A DNA stretch of 61,497 bases, counting the filler, from Dimorphilus gyrociliatus (lineage: Eukaryota > Animalia > Annelida): the NCBI GenBank assembly GCA_904063045.1. It is 3 parts of 3 records of this genome, joined end to end, with 100 filler letters (N's around TTAATTAATTAA, not from the genome) between each part and the next. Parts side by side here need not be neighbours in the genome. Positions count along the whole stretch, not along the records: positions 1 to 18,829 come from CAJFCJ010000202.1; positions 18,930 to 49,936 come from CAJFCJ010000134.1; 1 more part is not named here. One strand, 5' to 3'. This document shows positions 10,728 through 24,480 of the stretch, piece by piece (positions within the stretch are counted from its first letter, which is position 1; every line of letters starts with the position of its first letter). The notes under the pieces are model-generated. The model saw nothing but the letters and a program-made list of their open reading frames with translations. It was not told the DNA's origin and did no database searches. A program made the translations under genes and the position numbers.

Positions 10728-13700
10728 TTAATTTTTATTAAATAAAACTTTTGTCATTAAAATTTTACGAGTAAAATTTCCAATTTTTAAAATATCATTT
10801 TTTTCATTCTTTAAATTCGTTTTGGTAAAATATTCATAAATAATATAATATTGTAAATTATTATCAACCTTTGAGTAATTTATAATATACCGGAAGTAAG
10901 TATAAATTGTTACTAAATATAGAAATTTTTATTTATACCTTAACATAGATGCAGTCTATGAACTCAATGCAAATTGGTGAAAGTCGATTAACGTGTGCAA
11001 TTGAAATACCTTTACATATTGCTTTAAGGCATTTAATATAATTGAAATTTTCATATAATAGGCCTATACGATAGTTTAATTTAGTTAATAATTGTCTATG
11101 TTCCAATCTTAGGAAGTATTTGGTATGTTCTTCATTAAAGAATGTTAAAACTGGTAGAAGGGAATGAATATTTTAATGAAATTTTAAAAAAAACTTGTAA
11201 TTATAAGATTTTACTTTCAGTAAAAATCAAATCTTTTGCACAATTAATAATTTTTTCTCTAAAGAAAAAAAAGAAAATTTTTGACCTTGACCTCTTTTGA
11301 AGTTGAAAAAAAAACTTAACTGTCTTTCTCTTTGTTTTTGTTTTCTTAATTGACAAATATGAATGAATTCCCGAGTTGAAAATATAAATGGATTTAAAAG
11401 ACAATTTAATGGAATAATAAAAATAAAAATGGCGACATAGTGATCATTTTTCAAATGAATATTCATAATTTCCGATAGGAAAGCTTTTAAAAAAAGGGAG
11501 AAAAAATATTTATAATATTCTCTTTCTCACACCAAAACATCTTACATAGAGTTGATATTGGAAACCAACATAACAGATTAGATATAATAATTAGATAAAT
11601 ACTCTTTGAAATTCTTTTCTTCCTATTTGTCTTTGACATAGAAATAGTGAAAAAAGATTGTTTAATCAACTTAATAATTTTAACATATAGAATTGAAATT
11701 ATTAAATTATTCATCAATAATATAATACCAAAAGTTGTAAATGAATATTGCCAACCATCCGATTTATCTGTTCTAATCGGTATGTTAAAACATATTGTTG
11801 ATTTTTTATAATATTTCTTAAAATAGAATAAAAAAGTTTTTTTTTTAAAAAACAAAAATGTTCAAGCTTTTTTTCTTTTTAATTTTTTTTTTACTTGAAA
11901 TATGATTAGAGGTAGAATTGAAAATGTTAAACAAGATATTAGTAGGGTAATCAGTGCCGTGTATCTATATTTTATCATAAACGGAAGTGTTAAAGGACTC
12001 GATATCGATTCGAAGCGTTCAATCGTTATGAACAGTAGCATAAATGTTGAAAATAGTAGTGAAAATGATAAGATTGTTCCTAAAATTGAGCAGAAAGTAC
12101 TCTCTCTCCAAGATTCTTCTTCGAAAATGTACCTTTCACCTGAAAAGTGTACATCTATTACGGCTGTTATCAATACGTACACTGCTGTTAGACAATCTCC
12201 AACGTTCAAGCTTAATCTATACAGTTTTGCAGCTGCCTTTGTCCTCATTATTAATACGAATGACGTAGCATTAGCTAAAATACCGCAAATTCCAAATATC
12301 CAAAAAATAATTTTTAAGAAATTATATGGAATAATATTATGACAAGTTACGAAAACTGGTAGTTTTGGTTTACAAGTGATTGTTTGTCTCAACATTTTCC
12401 AAGCCAGACAACACAATTGATAACTTCCACTTTCAATTTCACTTAAATTTATCATATTACTGATAATATCATTTAAATAGTTTACTGAAATATGAGTACT
12501 TGTAGCTATAAAATGATGTACATTTCTTAAAGAATTGAATGCATTTCGTTCAATAAAATTTAAAAAACATTTTTGAAACTTTAAAATTTTTAACGATTTA
12601 AAAAATTGAAAATTTTTCTTTTCTAAATTCTGAATTTTTGTTAATGAAAAATCTAATAATAAAATATTTCGAATTTCAAATTTATTCAAAATATTCAATG
12701 TCGTAAGGGGATTTTTTGAAATGTCTAAAAATTGTAGTAAAGACAACCTTGACCTTGAAATGAAATTCATATTTGTGATATTGTTATTCGAAAAATTGAT
12801 AAGAATAATATTTGGTATTGAAATACGATTATCTGAATTTGTAAGTAAAAAATTCTTATGAATATTTAAAATATGTAAATTAAGGTGTAATTTTGATATT
12901 TGAAATTTAAAATTTCCAACTAAAACGGCTTTTTTAACGGTTTCTTCAATTTGAAAATGAGTATTTTTTTGTCTAAAAGTACATTGAATTTCGTAAAGAG
13001 AAGTTTCATGAATACAAGAAAGATTATTATTATTGTTCTTGAATTGAGTTTTTAGAATTGAACAAAAAATTTCGTCACTTCCGTCTTGACAATCAACTTT
13101 GCTATTACATAACTGCTCGTTTGATAGGAATATCTTCTCAATTCTACACTTAAAAAACCCTTTTGGAACAGTGTGAAAATCTTCTATTTTGAGGGAAGTA
13201 TAAAAATTTTATTTTGCAGTTGTTTCCAGTTTTGTAACGGAAAATATATATATATATATATATACCGCAATTCATTTCATCATCTCCGTACAGGCACTGA
13301 TTTAAACCGTCACAGATAAGATTAATTGGAATGCAGTAGCCTTCGTAGTAACATTTATATTCAGATTTTGCGCATGTTTTATTTGCGCATGCGTACAATT
13401 CGGAAAATGGATATTGAATTTTTGTTAAAAAATTATTCATTGTATCATAGTTTATAGTACAGTAATTACTATTCAAATGGTTTTCATACCAGTTATTATT
13501 GTAATAGTTATTACAATGAGTTTCGTCCGTTTTGTCTTTGCAGTCGACATTAAAATCGCATCGTTTTTCGTTAGTTATACACATATCATTGCAGCTCCAT
13601 TGTGTTTTTTCATTGCAGTCTATAATTTTAAATGTACAGTAAATTGTAGAGTATTGTAGTTAGGGTTAACTTAACCCCAACGCCTAAATTGTTTTCCCTA

Positions 13701-16700
13701 CTGTCTTGGAATCTTTCGTCAATAGCATTGCCGTTCAGGCAAAGTTCGTCTGTGTAATCTATACAATTTCTTTCATTATCGCATACTTTATTTTCGGGTA
13801 TACATTGTTTATTAAGGCATTCTCTACTAATGGAAAAATAATAGGCTTTGAAATTTGATATGTAGAAAGGTAATTTCAATACCTGGAATTCAGGTTACAG
13901 TCTTCAAAAGCTTTAATTGATATATGAAAATATTATATTCTCTAACCCCTCTCCCTCTCTCTATCTCTTTCATCTCTAAATATGGGATTTAAGAGAAAAA
14001 AACATCCATAAAAATGACAATAATTAAATGAAGTATATCTTATCTAATCTGGATAGAAAAATGAATGTTTCCTTCTCAAAAATATCCCAAGTTATCTTTT
14101 ACTTACAGCAATAAATTTCGTCAGAATGATCTTGGCAGTCAGGAAAATGATCACAAATTAAGGAATAGCTAATTCTTTCCTTTGAAGTTAGACATTCAAA
14201 CATTTCTCTTTTATGAAGTTTATTATCGTAGGATTTGTCGACTGTACCGCAATTTATTTCGTCATCACCAGATTTACAGTCGAATATTCCATCGCATAGA
14301 TAAACGGAATTAATACAATAACCGTCTTGTTTACATTCGAAGTCTCTTTTTGAACAGTTAATATTTTGAATGGGAAGATAAAGTGAAGAGTATTTACTGA
14401 TGGATTGAATTTTCTTTTCTATAGATTGAGAGAAGAAAGAGTGAAAAAGAATGAGAGAGAGAGAGAGAAAACAACCTAAAAGTCTTTGACATATAAACAC
14501 ACTACTCTTCCTCTTACAAGATATAATTTCAACATAAATATGAATTATTCTAGAAAAATATTTAAATTTAAATAAGAAATTACGTTAGTTTGTCAAATTT
14601 AAATTAATACGGTTTTCTTTTTACGTAAGTTAAAAAACAATCATTTTCAACCTTGTTCGGTAATATTTGTAAAAATTCAGATTTGTCTAATAAAATATCA
14701 ATAATAGATTCTTCATAAATATATCGAGAAGGTGATAAGAAATGCTCCGCAAAAGGAATAAATTCTCTATTCTGATTGCCAGTGGTTACTGATATTTTTC
14801 TATTTTTATACTTTTTCTCAATAAATCCTTTATAAAAAACAACCATGATAGAAAACAGCCATTTTGTTGGTGTTTGTTTTGTTTTTAAGCATTTTCTATT
14901 TTTACTAGTTCAAATATATTATATTTACTGGAAAAGACGTTGAATCGATATCTTTTTCCTTGATTAATTTCACCAGTCATTAATTGTAGATATTCAACTA
15001 TAAAATGTTTTTTAAATGTTGAAAATGCTAATGACGTCATATTATTCATTCTGCAAATATCTTCTTGTTGCCAAATTTCTCTTTGTTGTTTAACAGTGAA
15101 AATCTTATAACATAAATTTTCAAAATTAATCATATTTTCACCAATACAATCAAGCTTTTCACTAGTTTTATAACATTTTATTGTTAATTTTCCAAATGTA
15201 CTCAAAATATTTCTGTACGTAAAATAATTTCAAATTTTTAAAAAACAAACATTTCAAATTTTTTTTTTGACAGACTTTCTATTAATTTGACAATTGAGAA
15301 CATTTGTTTCGCCGTTTGAACAGTTCAAGTTGGATATAAATGTATAATAATAGTTAAATCTTACTTTTGGATCATAGATAAATGTTAAACGTTTCGAAAT
15401 GAATATTTCACCAGTTGTAAAACCGAAATATTTACATAATAGAGTAATGTCAATTGAATCGAAAGTTCGAATTAGATAATGAATTTTTTGTAATACAACT
15501 CTAACATATCCAATATAAAATGTATAGTTATGACTCTGACCGTAAAGTAGATTTTGGTGTGTATTTATCAAATAGAATTTTGATTCTGATTGTCACGTGA
15601 CCGATTATAACCAATTCCTACAGTTTGTAAATATACTTACCTGGCATGTAGCTGTAATCAACGCAGGTAGGTTTGTAATAATTATAAAATTCTTTATCAT
15701 TACGAGTTGTATTAATCAATTGGAGATAGCATCCAAAAAATACATCATTTTCTCTAGATGAACATCCTCTTAGAGCTATTGGCATAATCTGAGGAAGAGA
15801 AGTAAAAAAGGGAAAATAATTATCACCAGATGGAATCTATGATTTTGAAAAATATACCTTTCTTGTTGAAAATTGCTGTTTAACTTGAACTTTTGGTCCA
15901 ATTGTTTTACCAAGATATTTTTGACAAAAAAAGAAATTTGCATATGTATATGGTATGGTTCTATGAAACACCAATTGTCTATAACCGTATAATTTTGAAT
16001 GAATTAAAAACTCAAGCCTAAAGAACGTGTATGTTAAATCGCGAGAAGAATATTCCTTTTTAGTTTTTATTTTTACTTCTGAATGATGATTGGACAATAT
16101 AAATTTATACTTGAAATTCAAAATTAGAAACGGACCGTCTATTTCAAAATAGGAGCATATTATAATTTTGGTGAAATTTCTCCATTGTTGAGTAGTGTCA
16201 TTTAACGTAACGAAACCGTTTTTGTTTAATTTTAAGTATTTATTCGAATATCTATTTAATTTTAATTTAAAATTAATAGCTAATTCGTTCTTTCTACACA
16301 ACGTTTTCCTTTCTTCTTCCATTGAAAATGTTTTAAACAATTGGTTATTTTCGTATAAAATTAACAAATAGGTTGATGGTTTCATTTTCATTGCTAAGAA
16401 AACTAATAAATGATGTACTTTAAAGTAATGACAGTATTATTTGAAAATATTATAAACTCTTACAGGTTGAATCATTTTTAAAACATTTTAAAAAAACACC
16501 AATCGATGTCACATGACCAGTTTTCCTGCTGAAGAAACAGAAATAAAATTTAAGGACAATAGGAGAAAGTAATCAATGAAATTGGTGTTTTTCATATTAC
16601 ACTTACAATTGGCAACAAGGAAATTTGCTGAGTAGTCTCAATGAAAGATTTTTAGAATTAATGCTCAAATATTCAATATGTGAAAAATTTGAATAATTAA

Positions 16701-16926
16701 TTAATAATCTCTTGCAAAAGAAAGATTTTAAATATTCAAATTTAACAGTTAATGTTTTACTAAAGAATAATCTTTGGTAGACTGTTCCATTAAAAATTCC
16801 ATGAATAGAATATTTTTTTAAAATATTATTATCATTTATGATTTTAAAATTTAAATTATTGAAATTGTTGATTAAACAATTGTTGAAATAAGGTAAGAAT
16901 AGAATAAAGATGATTTTCAACACCAT
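10728..16926 (-). CDS. GRL101/RXFP-like receptor, paralog 2: SP, SRCR-like, CTL-like, 6x LDLa, LRR, 7TM, kinase-like tail
   Basis: Signal MVLKIIFILFLPYFNNC. SRCR-like LLCKYFGFTTG...LNCSNGETNVLNCQ. CTL-like CIGENMINFENLCYKIF. Six LDLa, LRRs, hinge LCCLAWK, ERF and NPFIF. Tail exons 11258-11215, 11150-10939 and 10868-10728. Confidence 0.85.
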
Positions 16927-17485
16927 TTTCAAAAGTAAAACTAACTGATATTTTATTTCGAGTTGACATTAAGTGATTAATTTGAGAGAAAAAAAAGGAA
17001 TGCGTTACCTAATTACGCAATATAGAGTTATAAATAGCTCATTTAAAGGGAAATGAAATATTGTGTTGTTAAATACACCCAAGATTGGATAAATCATGTT
17101 TGAAGAAAAAATTCTACATTATTTTGTTCAGATTTTTCATATGTTATTTCAGTTTTGTGGTTGTACCCCGACCCAACTCTAGACCTTGTTTTAAACACTT
17201 CATTGTTCCTAACCCTAATTACAAATGTTTCAAACATTGATATTTTAAAGAGGCTGTATTAAATACAAAGCTAAATCTATGTTAAAGTTACAACAATACC
17301 ATAATTTAATGTGTATTACATCAGTGTTATATTTAGATTTAAAATATATAGCAGTGTTTGAATAACAATAAAGGTATATGATAAAGCCATTTCTCCAGTG
17401 ATATACCTCTGAATAGAGAAAAAAAAACACAACAATTTGTAACCATAGACAACAAGACTATTTAGATATTTGTACAATAACTGTA

Positions 17486-18502
17486 TTATGTAACAGTAGA
17501 GTGATAGCTAACAATGCTATTTTTATTAAAAAGATGTCTAAATGTTAAAAAATTGATGACAGTAAGAATTTGGTTTCTAAAAGAAGGAAAGATAGAGATG
17601 TAAATTACAGTGTTAAAAAAGCTATTGAAATTTGCTAGCCAAGTTAGAAAATATCTTTGAGTTTGTGTTTTTTGTTTAAAATTCTTACTAAACAAACTAC
17701 CAACAGCTAAAATACTATAAGGCATCCATAATGTATAAAATACTATAATTGATAAAATTAATAGTTTAAATATCCTCAAATTTCTTTTTGAAAGTGTTTT
17801 TATTGCCTGATTCATTGGACTTATTCTGGATTTTTTACTTTTCAAAAAGGTTATAATCTTTAATCCAGAAAATAGTAGAATTGCAGATGTTAAAAATGGT
17901 CCAGCAAAGAGGTAACAGCTTGTATTAAAACTAATCTTATAATCTGGAGCGCATATAATCTCAGATACCAAAAAGCTGTAATCTTCCAATTCAAATATCT
18001 TTAACTCAGGTAAACAGCTAAAAGTATACAGGAAAATCCATAAAAGTATCAGTATGATGAGAATCTTCCTTTGTGTCATGATAGTTGTATACCTGAAGTA
18101 AACATGAAATATAAAATTAAGCCTATAAATGCATTTAGAAAACACATGCTTATCATAATAATTTACAGCTAAATATCTATCAAAAGCTATTATTGCAATT
18201 GTCCAAAGAGACAGCATACCACTTGTTGTTAGAATTATACCAGAAATTTGACAAACTACATATCCATATTGATATTTACCGGAAACTGATGATGTAAATG
18301 ACACCATTAATGATACAACACTTATTTTAAAATCAGCAATAGATGTATTTATTAAGAGAATTTTTGTCATTTTTGGTATTTTTTTAACAATTGGTAAAGT
18401 TAATAGAGCAGCTATTGTTGAGAAAAATGATAGAAATACAGGAATTCCAACTATAATACTCCTTAAAGGATTTGAAATTGGATGTTCCAATGCAGAATTC
18501 AT
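17486..18502 (-). CDS. orphan class A (rhodopsin-like) GPCR, not an opsin
   Basis: Seven hydrophobic helices, TM2 SIADF, TM3 Cys and DRY, ECL2 Cys, TM6 WMPY, TM7 NSFFNTVIY. Asn sits at the opsin Lys296-equivalent position. Probable in-frame ~57-nt intron after DRYLAVNYYDK. Confidence 0.85.
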   Translation of the reverse strand: MNSALEHPISNPLRSIIVGIPVFLSFFSTIAALLTLPIVKKIPKMTKILLINTSIADFKISVVSLMVSFTSSVSGKYQYGYVVCQISGIILTTSGMLSLWTIAIIAFDRYLAVNYYDKHVFSKCIYRLNFIFHVYFRYTTIMTQRKILIILILLWIFLYTFSCLPELKIFELEDYSFLVSEIICAPDYKISFNTSCYLFAGPFLTSAILLFSGLKIITFLKSKKSRISPMNQAIKTLSKRNLRIFKLLILSIIVFYTLWMPYSILAVGSLFSKNFKQKTQTQRYFLTWLANFNSFFNTVIYISIFPSFRNQILTVINFLTFRHLFNKNSIVSYHSTVT

Positions 18503-18829
18503 GTTGATGAATATATTTTATCATACTGACAATAAATAAATATATCAACATTATATAATATATCAAAAAACATTGATCATCTACCCGTTTCCATAGAAAA
18601 GAATAAAATACTGCAATAAAACTTCGTATAGACAAATGCTATTTTCATTAAATCGCAGTTTTATTATTTATAGATATCATCAAGTAAGGTTGATTAACTG
18701 AATAATTGACTTTTGCTGTATTTTAGACATGTTTTTTGTATGAGTTGATAACTCTTGTCATTTAACTGTTTTAGTTAAAAGCAGACATTTTGAATAATTT
18801 TAAATTCTTCGTTCAGTTTGCTATGTAAA

Positions 18830-18929
18830 NNNNNNNNNNNNNNNNNNNNNNNNNNNNNNNNNNNNNNNNNNNNTTAATTAATTAANNNNNNNNNNNNNNN
18901 NNNNNNNNNNNNNNNNNNNNNNNNNNNNN
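18830..18929. other. assembly gap with artificial six-frame-stop linker
   Basis: 44 N + TTAATTAATTAA + 44 N, identical in design to 49937-50036. Confidence 0.95.
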
Positions 18930-21900
18930 CAATACATAGAATTAGAAGATGGAATAACTATCAAAGTGAAAAGAACAAAAGAAAAATCCAGTTAACTCCT
19001 GAAATAGAAGAATTACAGTTGGAAAGTATTGAATTTGAACATTTGTCTAATCAAAATGTACACAATATTAATTCAAATACACTAGAAATTGACAATTATT
19101 TACATGTGTCCAAAAATAATCTTGACAAGAACAGAGAAGAATTAAAAGAAATGATAAAGAATTATGAAGATATTATTGCTACAAATCAGAATGACATTGG
19201 TTCACCAGATGTTCCACCAATGGCAATTGAATTATTGGAAGATATAAAGCCTTTCAAACAAAGACCATACAGATTGCCACCCAACAAACAGCAGGAATGC
19301 AGGGATCAATTAAATGGATTATTGGAAAATGGTCTAATTAGAGCAAGCAAAAGCCAATGGGCTTCACCCATTGTTTTTGTGAAAAAGAAAGAAGGAACAT
19401 TAAGAATGTGTGTGGATTACAGAAAACTTAACAAGCAATCAAAAAAGAATTGTTATCCAATCCCACATCAGGAAGATTTATTTGATAAGCTTGGAGGAGG
19501 CCACAAATATTTTTCTATATTGGATTTAACAAGTGCATTTCATCATATTCCAATTAAAGAAGAAGATAAGGAGAAAACTGCTTTTATTACACCATTTGGT
19601 TTATTTGAATTCAACCGCATGCCATTTGGTTTGGCAAATGCACCTTCACACTTCAGCTATATCATGGCAAATTTTGTTATTAATGGATTGGAAAACTTCT
19701 GCATTAATTATATGGATGATATTATAGTTTTTACCAAAACATTGGAAGAACACTTTGTAGCTCTACAGAAACTTATGGAAAGAATCAAGGAAAAAGACTT
19801 CAGAATTAAACTGAGCAAATGTGCATTCTTACAAGAATCAGTTCAATTCCTTGGTCATAGAATTACACAGAATGGTATTGAAACTGATCCTGAAAAGATT
19901 CAAAAATAAAAGATGCCAAATTACCTATGTTTGCAAATACTCTGTTGAGTTTTGTGGCATTTTGTGGTTATTATAGAAGATTTGTTAAAGATTTTGCAAA
20001 AATCACAAAACCTTTGAGAGAATTATTAAAAGTACACCAAAAGACAGAAAAACTGAAATGGACAAAAAAAGCAGAGGAAGCTTATGAAACACTAAGGAAT
20101 GCAATGACAGAGCCCCAATCCTTCAACTGCCAGACTTTACTAAATCATTCTATTTAACAACAGATGCTTCTAATTATGCAGTTGGTGCAGTTCTAGAACA
20201 AGAATGGGAAGAAGATGGAAAGAAAATAAGAAAACCAATTTCTTTTGCTTCCAAGCTCCTAATCAATACACAACTAAGATATGCAGCTTATCAAAAAGAG
20301 GCTTTTGCAGTATATTGGGCAGTACAAAAATTCTCCCATTATCTACAGTATAAGAAATTTTTTCTCTACACTGATCACCAAAATTTGGTACAAACATTTG
20401 TACAAAACAAACTGAATACAAGTACTGTTAAATGGGTGATGGCACTTATGGATATGGATTTTGAAATAATATACATACCAGGAAGAACTAATAGAGCAGA
20501 CTGGATATCAAGAATTGGTGAAACTGATGAAGTAATTGATTTTCGTAATTTACTTAAGGAAAGATTAAATGAAGAAAAACAAAATGGCAATACAGTTCCC
20601 CAATTAGCAGAAAGAAAGGATATGCTTAAATGCTTTTATATTGATACAGAGGACTTAGAAGAATTAGATGATTGTTTAGATGACAATCTAGACAATGATT
20701 ATGATGAAGACATAACTGAAATCCAAGCCCAGATTATGAAACTAAAAATCACACCAGTTGAAATAAACTTCTATAGAGAACAAGTATTAGATACTCCACT
20801 AATGAAAGTTGTAGACAAATTGGAAGGAGAAAACATTGATAATGGGTCTTTGAATGAATATGGAAACTTTATTGAATCTATGTTTGTAAAAGAAGACCTT
20901 GTATGGTATCTAAATGGCTGTCAACCACTACTTGTAATTCCACTATCAACTCTAACCAACTTACTTGGACAAATTCATCAACATCAACTATTTGAGCACT
21001 ATGGTGTAGACATAACAATTCACACTTTGGAGCAAGCTTTCTGGCACCCAAAGCTAAAGAAAACAATTAAAGATCACATAAAGAGTTGTGAATTTTGTGA
21101 GCAATTAAGAGCACCAGGCAACAAACATCTGTTGGTTGAAACACTCACCCAACTTTACCAATGCAAAGAATAGCTATGGACATAATGGGACCTCTGACTG
21201 GACATGATTCTTACAAGTATATACTTGTCATTATAGACCACATGTCCAGATTTACCAACATATTCCCTCTAAAAACTCAAACAGCTGAGGAAATTTCTAA
21301 ACATTTGTTTTTCAACTATTTCCCAATATTTGGTATCCCAGAAGAAATTCTCACAGATCAAGGAAGGAATTTTCTTGGGGAAATCTTTACAGAAATGGTG
21401 ACATCAATGGGAATACGAAAAATTAAAACAACAGCATTCCATAGCCAAAGTAATGGAATGGTAGAAAGAAAGAATTTGGAAATTCGTAGAGCACTACATA
21501 AACATGTAGTTATGGAACAATTAACAGATTGGACAAGACAGTTACCATTAATTCAGACATGTTTAAATCAAATTCCAGTTGGAAGCACTGGCAAAACCCC
21601 ACATGAAATATTATTTGGATTGAAGAATAGAAATGTTTTAGACCTGTTAATGGAAGTTCCAAGATTAGAACCAACAACAAAATTCTTATTTGATAGAAAA
21701 CATGAACTTGAAGAAATTAGAGCAACAGCACTTTGCAAATCTGTTCTAAAAAAGAAGGAATATAGAGATAGAGTTAATAAAGCTATTACAAGAAAACCTC
21801 CAACTTACAAAATTGGTGATTGGGTACACATAAGAAATGAAAACATTGGTCAAGGAATGAACAGAATAAATACAAGCAAATGGAGTGGACCATATCTTGT

Positions 21901-24470
21901 AACTGCTACAGATACTACAAAATGTTTGTATGAATTACAAATATTGGCAGATAAAAGAAAATTCTATCATGCTAGTAGACTAAGACTAGCTAACAAACAA
22001 CCTATAACAGTTAACACAGTGACAGTAGGGAAACACCAAACAAATGGTGGAATGCTTCCTATCAGAGGATCAATAATTTATACACTGTTAGCAATATGCT
22101 GTTTAAACTTGGTCCAAGCAAATGTATCCATAACAAAAGCAAACATAACTGTAAGAATGCTACCATCAGTACAGTTTTGTCAAGGACAACAAGTACACCA
22201 ATCATTTGATTTAGCAGATGAACCAGTATGTACCTTTGAAACTAAACAAATGATCAAAATTGTAGCTAACATCTATGAAATTAAAGCTGACAATTTGGCA
22301 ATTCAAGCTGTCAAGTGTTTAGTGAAAAGAAGAATCAATTTCTACACTCATTACTTTTTTGGAGCCAAGAAACACAGAATTGAAAAACAAACACTTGCCT
22401 TAAGTGAAAAACAATGCAGAACAATGCTATACACACACAAAACCTTAAATGGACAAAACCTAATTGAAAAAGGCAAACTTCTTATGTATAATGAAAACAA
22501 AGGAATTTGGCCAAGAACCACAGTGGTGGAAGAATTTACAAACAATCCTTCAAATTGGCAAGGCTTATTGGAATCCAAGTCAAGATAAAATAACCACAAA
22601 TTTGGAATATTTAGAAGACTGTTCTATTAAACAAAAATTTTGTAGAACTTTGGATTCAATCATTATATTTAATCCAGAAAAAGGCCAAAGTCTTCTAGGC
22701 CATGTTTCACCATGGAAAATAGTTTCCCATAATGTGGAATGTGTAAAACTTGGAGGATATTTTTCCTGCCCCAACTATGCAATAATGGATTTACCTTACC
22801 AAGACAGATATATCAAAGGATATGGTGGTCCTGGTACCAGAGTATTGGTACCCCAGAAAGAATATGACTTACTTAGAACTGATCTTACAAATTCTAATTA
22901 TGCTGACAATAAAATAATAGAGGATACAAAATACAAGATCATTTCAAAAAAGAAGTTAATAGATTGGAGAAATATATTGGAAAGAAATCATCACTAAGAA
23001 AGGCCAATGTCACAGAAATACAAGATATTTTAACATATAATGATTGGTATAGAGATGGTGACAAAACCTACCATATGCTGATAAAAAATCATGCAACACC
23101 ATTAGTGAGGACTTGGTTTGTCAAAGAAATTATTTCTCCAGACATCTGGGATATTCACAACAAATACATACTAAAAATGCTGAAAACAACAAAGCTAAAA
23201 CCTGCCAGACAGTAAGATCACAAGATTTTGAATTGGACAAAAAACCAGTTACTTTCAACCCACTCCCAAACATGAACATTTGGTATCAAAGCCCAAAAGA
23301 TACACAATTTCAAATTCATACAGAAAATGGCAAATATACACTTTTACAAAGAAAACCAATAAATCACAAATGGAAGAGGAAACAATTAGAAAACATAGAG
23401 ATTCCAGAATCCCACCAAATAAATATAAAAGATGCTATAAGAACAGCTGCACTACTAAACAATATTGACAAAAATTTTCAAAATTTACAAACAGTTTTTA
23501 AACAAGTTTCACAACTTTTATGCAAAGAATTTATCATGAGAAACAAGATGATAGCCCTACTTACACCACTATCACCTCAACTACCAACAATACTTGGATC
23601 TAAACATGGAACCCATAGTACATGGTTAGGAGATCTAACAACCCTCAATACATGTACAGAATTAAAAACTGTTCAAGTAGTTTGTGACACAACAATTATA
23701 ACAAAAATGGATTATGTTCAAAAGAATTTCTGATCAAATATAAAGATCTCCTATTCTCAATTGATCCAATACTTCATCATGCTTACCACATCACAAAAGA
23801 AGACATAAGATATGGTACATGTGACCAAACTCAGCATCTCTTCAAGATCAAGAAAAATCCTTTGGATGCAGAACAAAATCAATATGCCATACATTCTGGC
23901 AAGAAGACATTTATCTATTATACAAGGAAAGGATGCAGGTTCCAAACAGCAGCAGCACAATCAATCAGAATGAAAATCAACAGTCAAATTGAAGAACCAA
24001 AACTAGAAGTTGTCAGACTCACAGAATTATTACAACTAGGTATAAAAGAAGATGTGGGCAAGAAACATTATCAGATACAACAAGTTTTGGAATACATACA
24101 GGATACTTTGACTAAGCATAGAGAGCATATTAACTTTGCAAATGATTTAGGAATTGATGCAGCCTTGTCACCAACACAACATCTATTTTCTTCATGGATA
24201 AGAAAACCTTTCAAAATACTAATAGACACACTTCTGCCAATTATACTCTTGATTGGAATTGGATTCTTCATCTACTTTATTTGGAAGAAAAAACTGAAAA
24301 GAGTTCAATTTACCAGACTGTCTAAACTACTGACAAAAACAAAAAGATTACCTTCAGCTCCAACAGCTGAATCAGAAGAAATAGAACTGCAAAATTATCC
24401 TATGTTCAGAAAAAGTGGTGATAACATAATTGTCACAAGTCCTAGACCTTTCGTGGAAGCAAGGTCTTAA
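18930..24470 (+). pseudogene. pol: pol-env polyprotein of copy 1, broken by several small indels
   Basis: RT CVDYRKLN...YMDD, RNase H, integrase. Frameshifts relative to copy 2 near 19905, 20115, 21145, 22500-22545, 22950, 23210 and 23705, several in homopolymer runs. Confidence 0.85.
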
Positions 24471-24480
24471 AGGAGTGGGA
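24469..24480 (+). promoter_or_regulatory. polypurine tract (PPT)
   Basis: AAAGGAGTGGGA (one T) immediately before the TG start of the LTR; mirrored at 44686-44697. Confidence 0.8.

Noticed and set aside
17486-18502. Opsin hypothesis for the orphan GPCR
   Set aside because: The retinal-binding Lys position in TM7 is Asn.
18874-18885. Palindromic TTAATTAATTAA within N runs (also 49981-49992)
   Set aside because: Artificial six-frame stop linker; adjacency across the gaps is not biological evidence.
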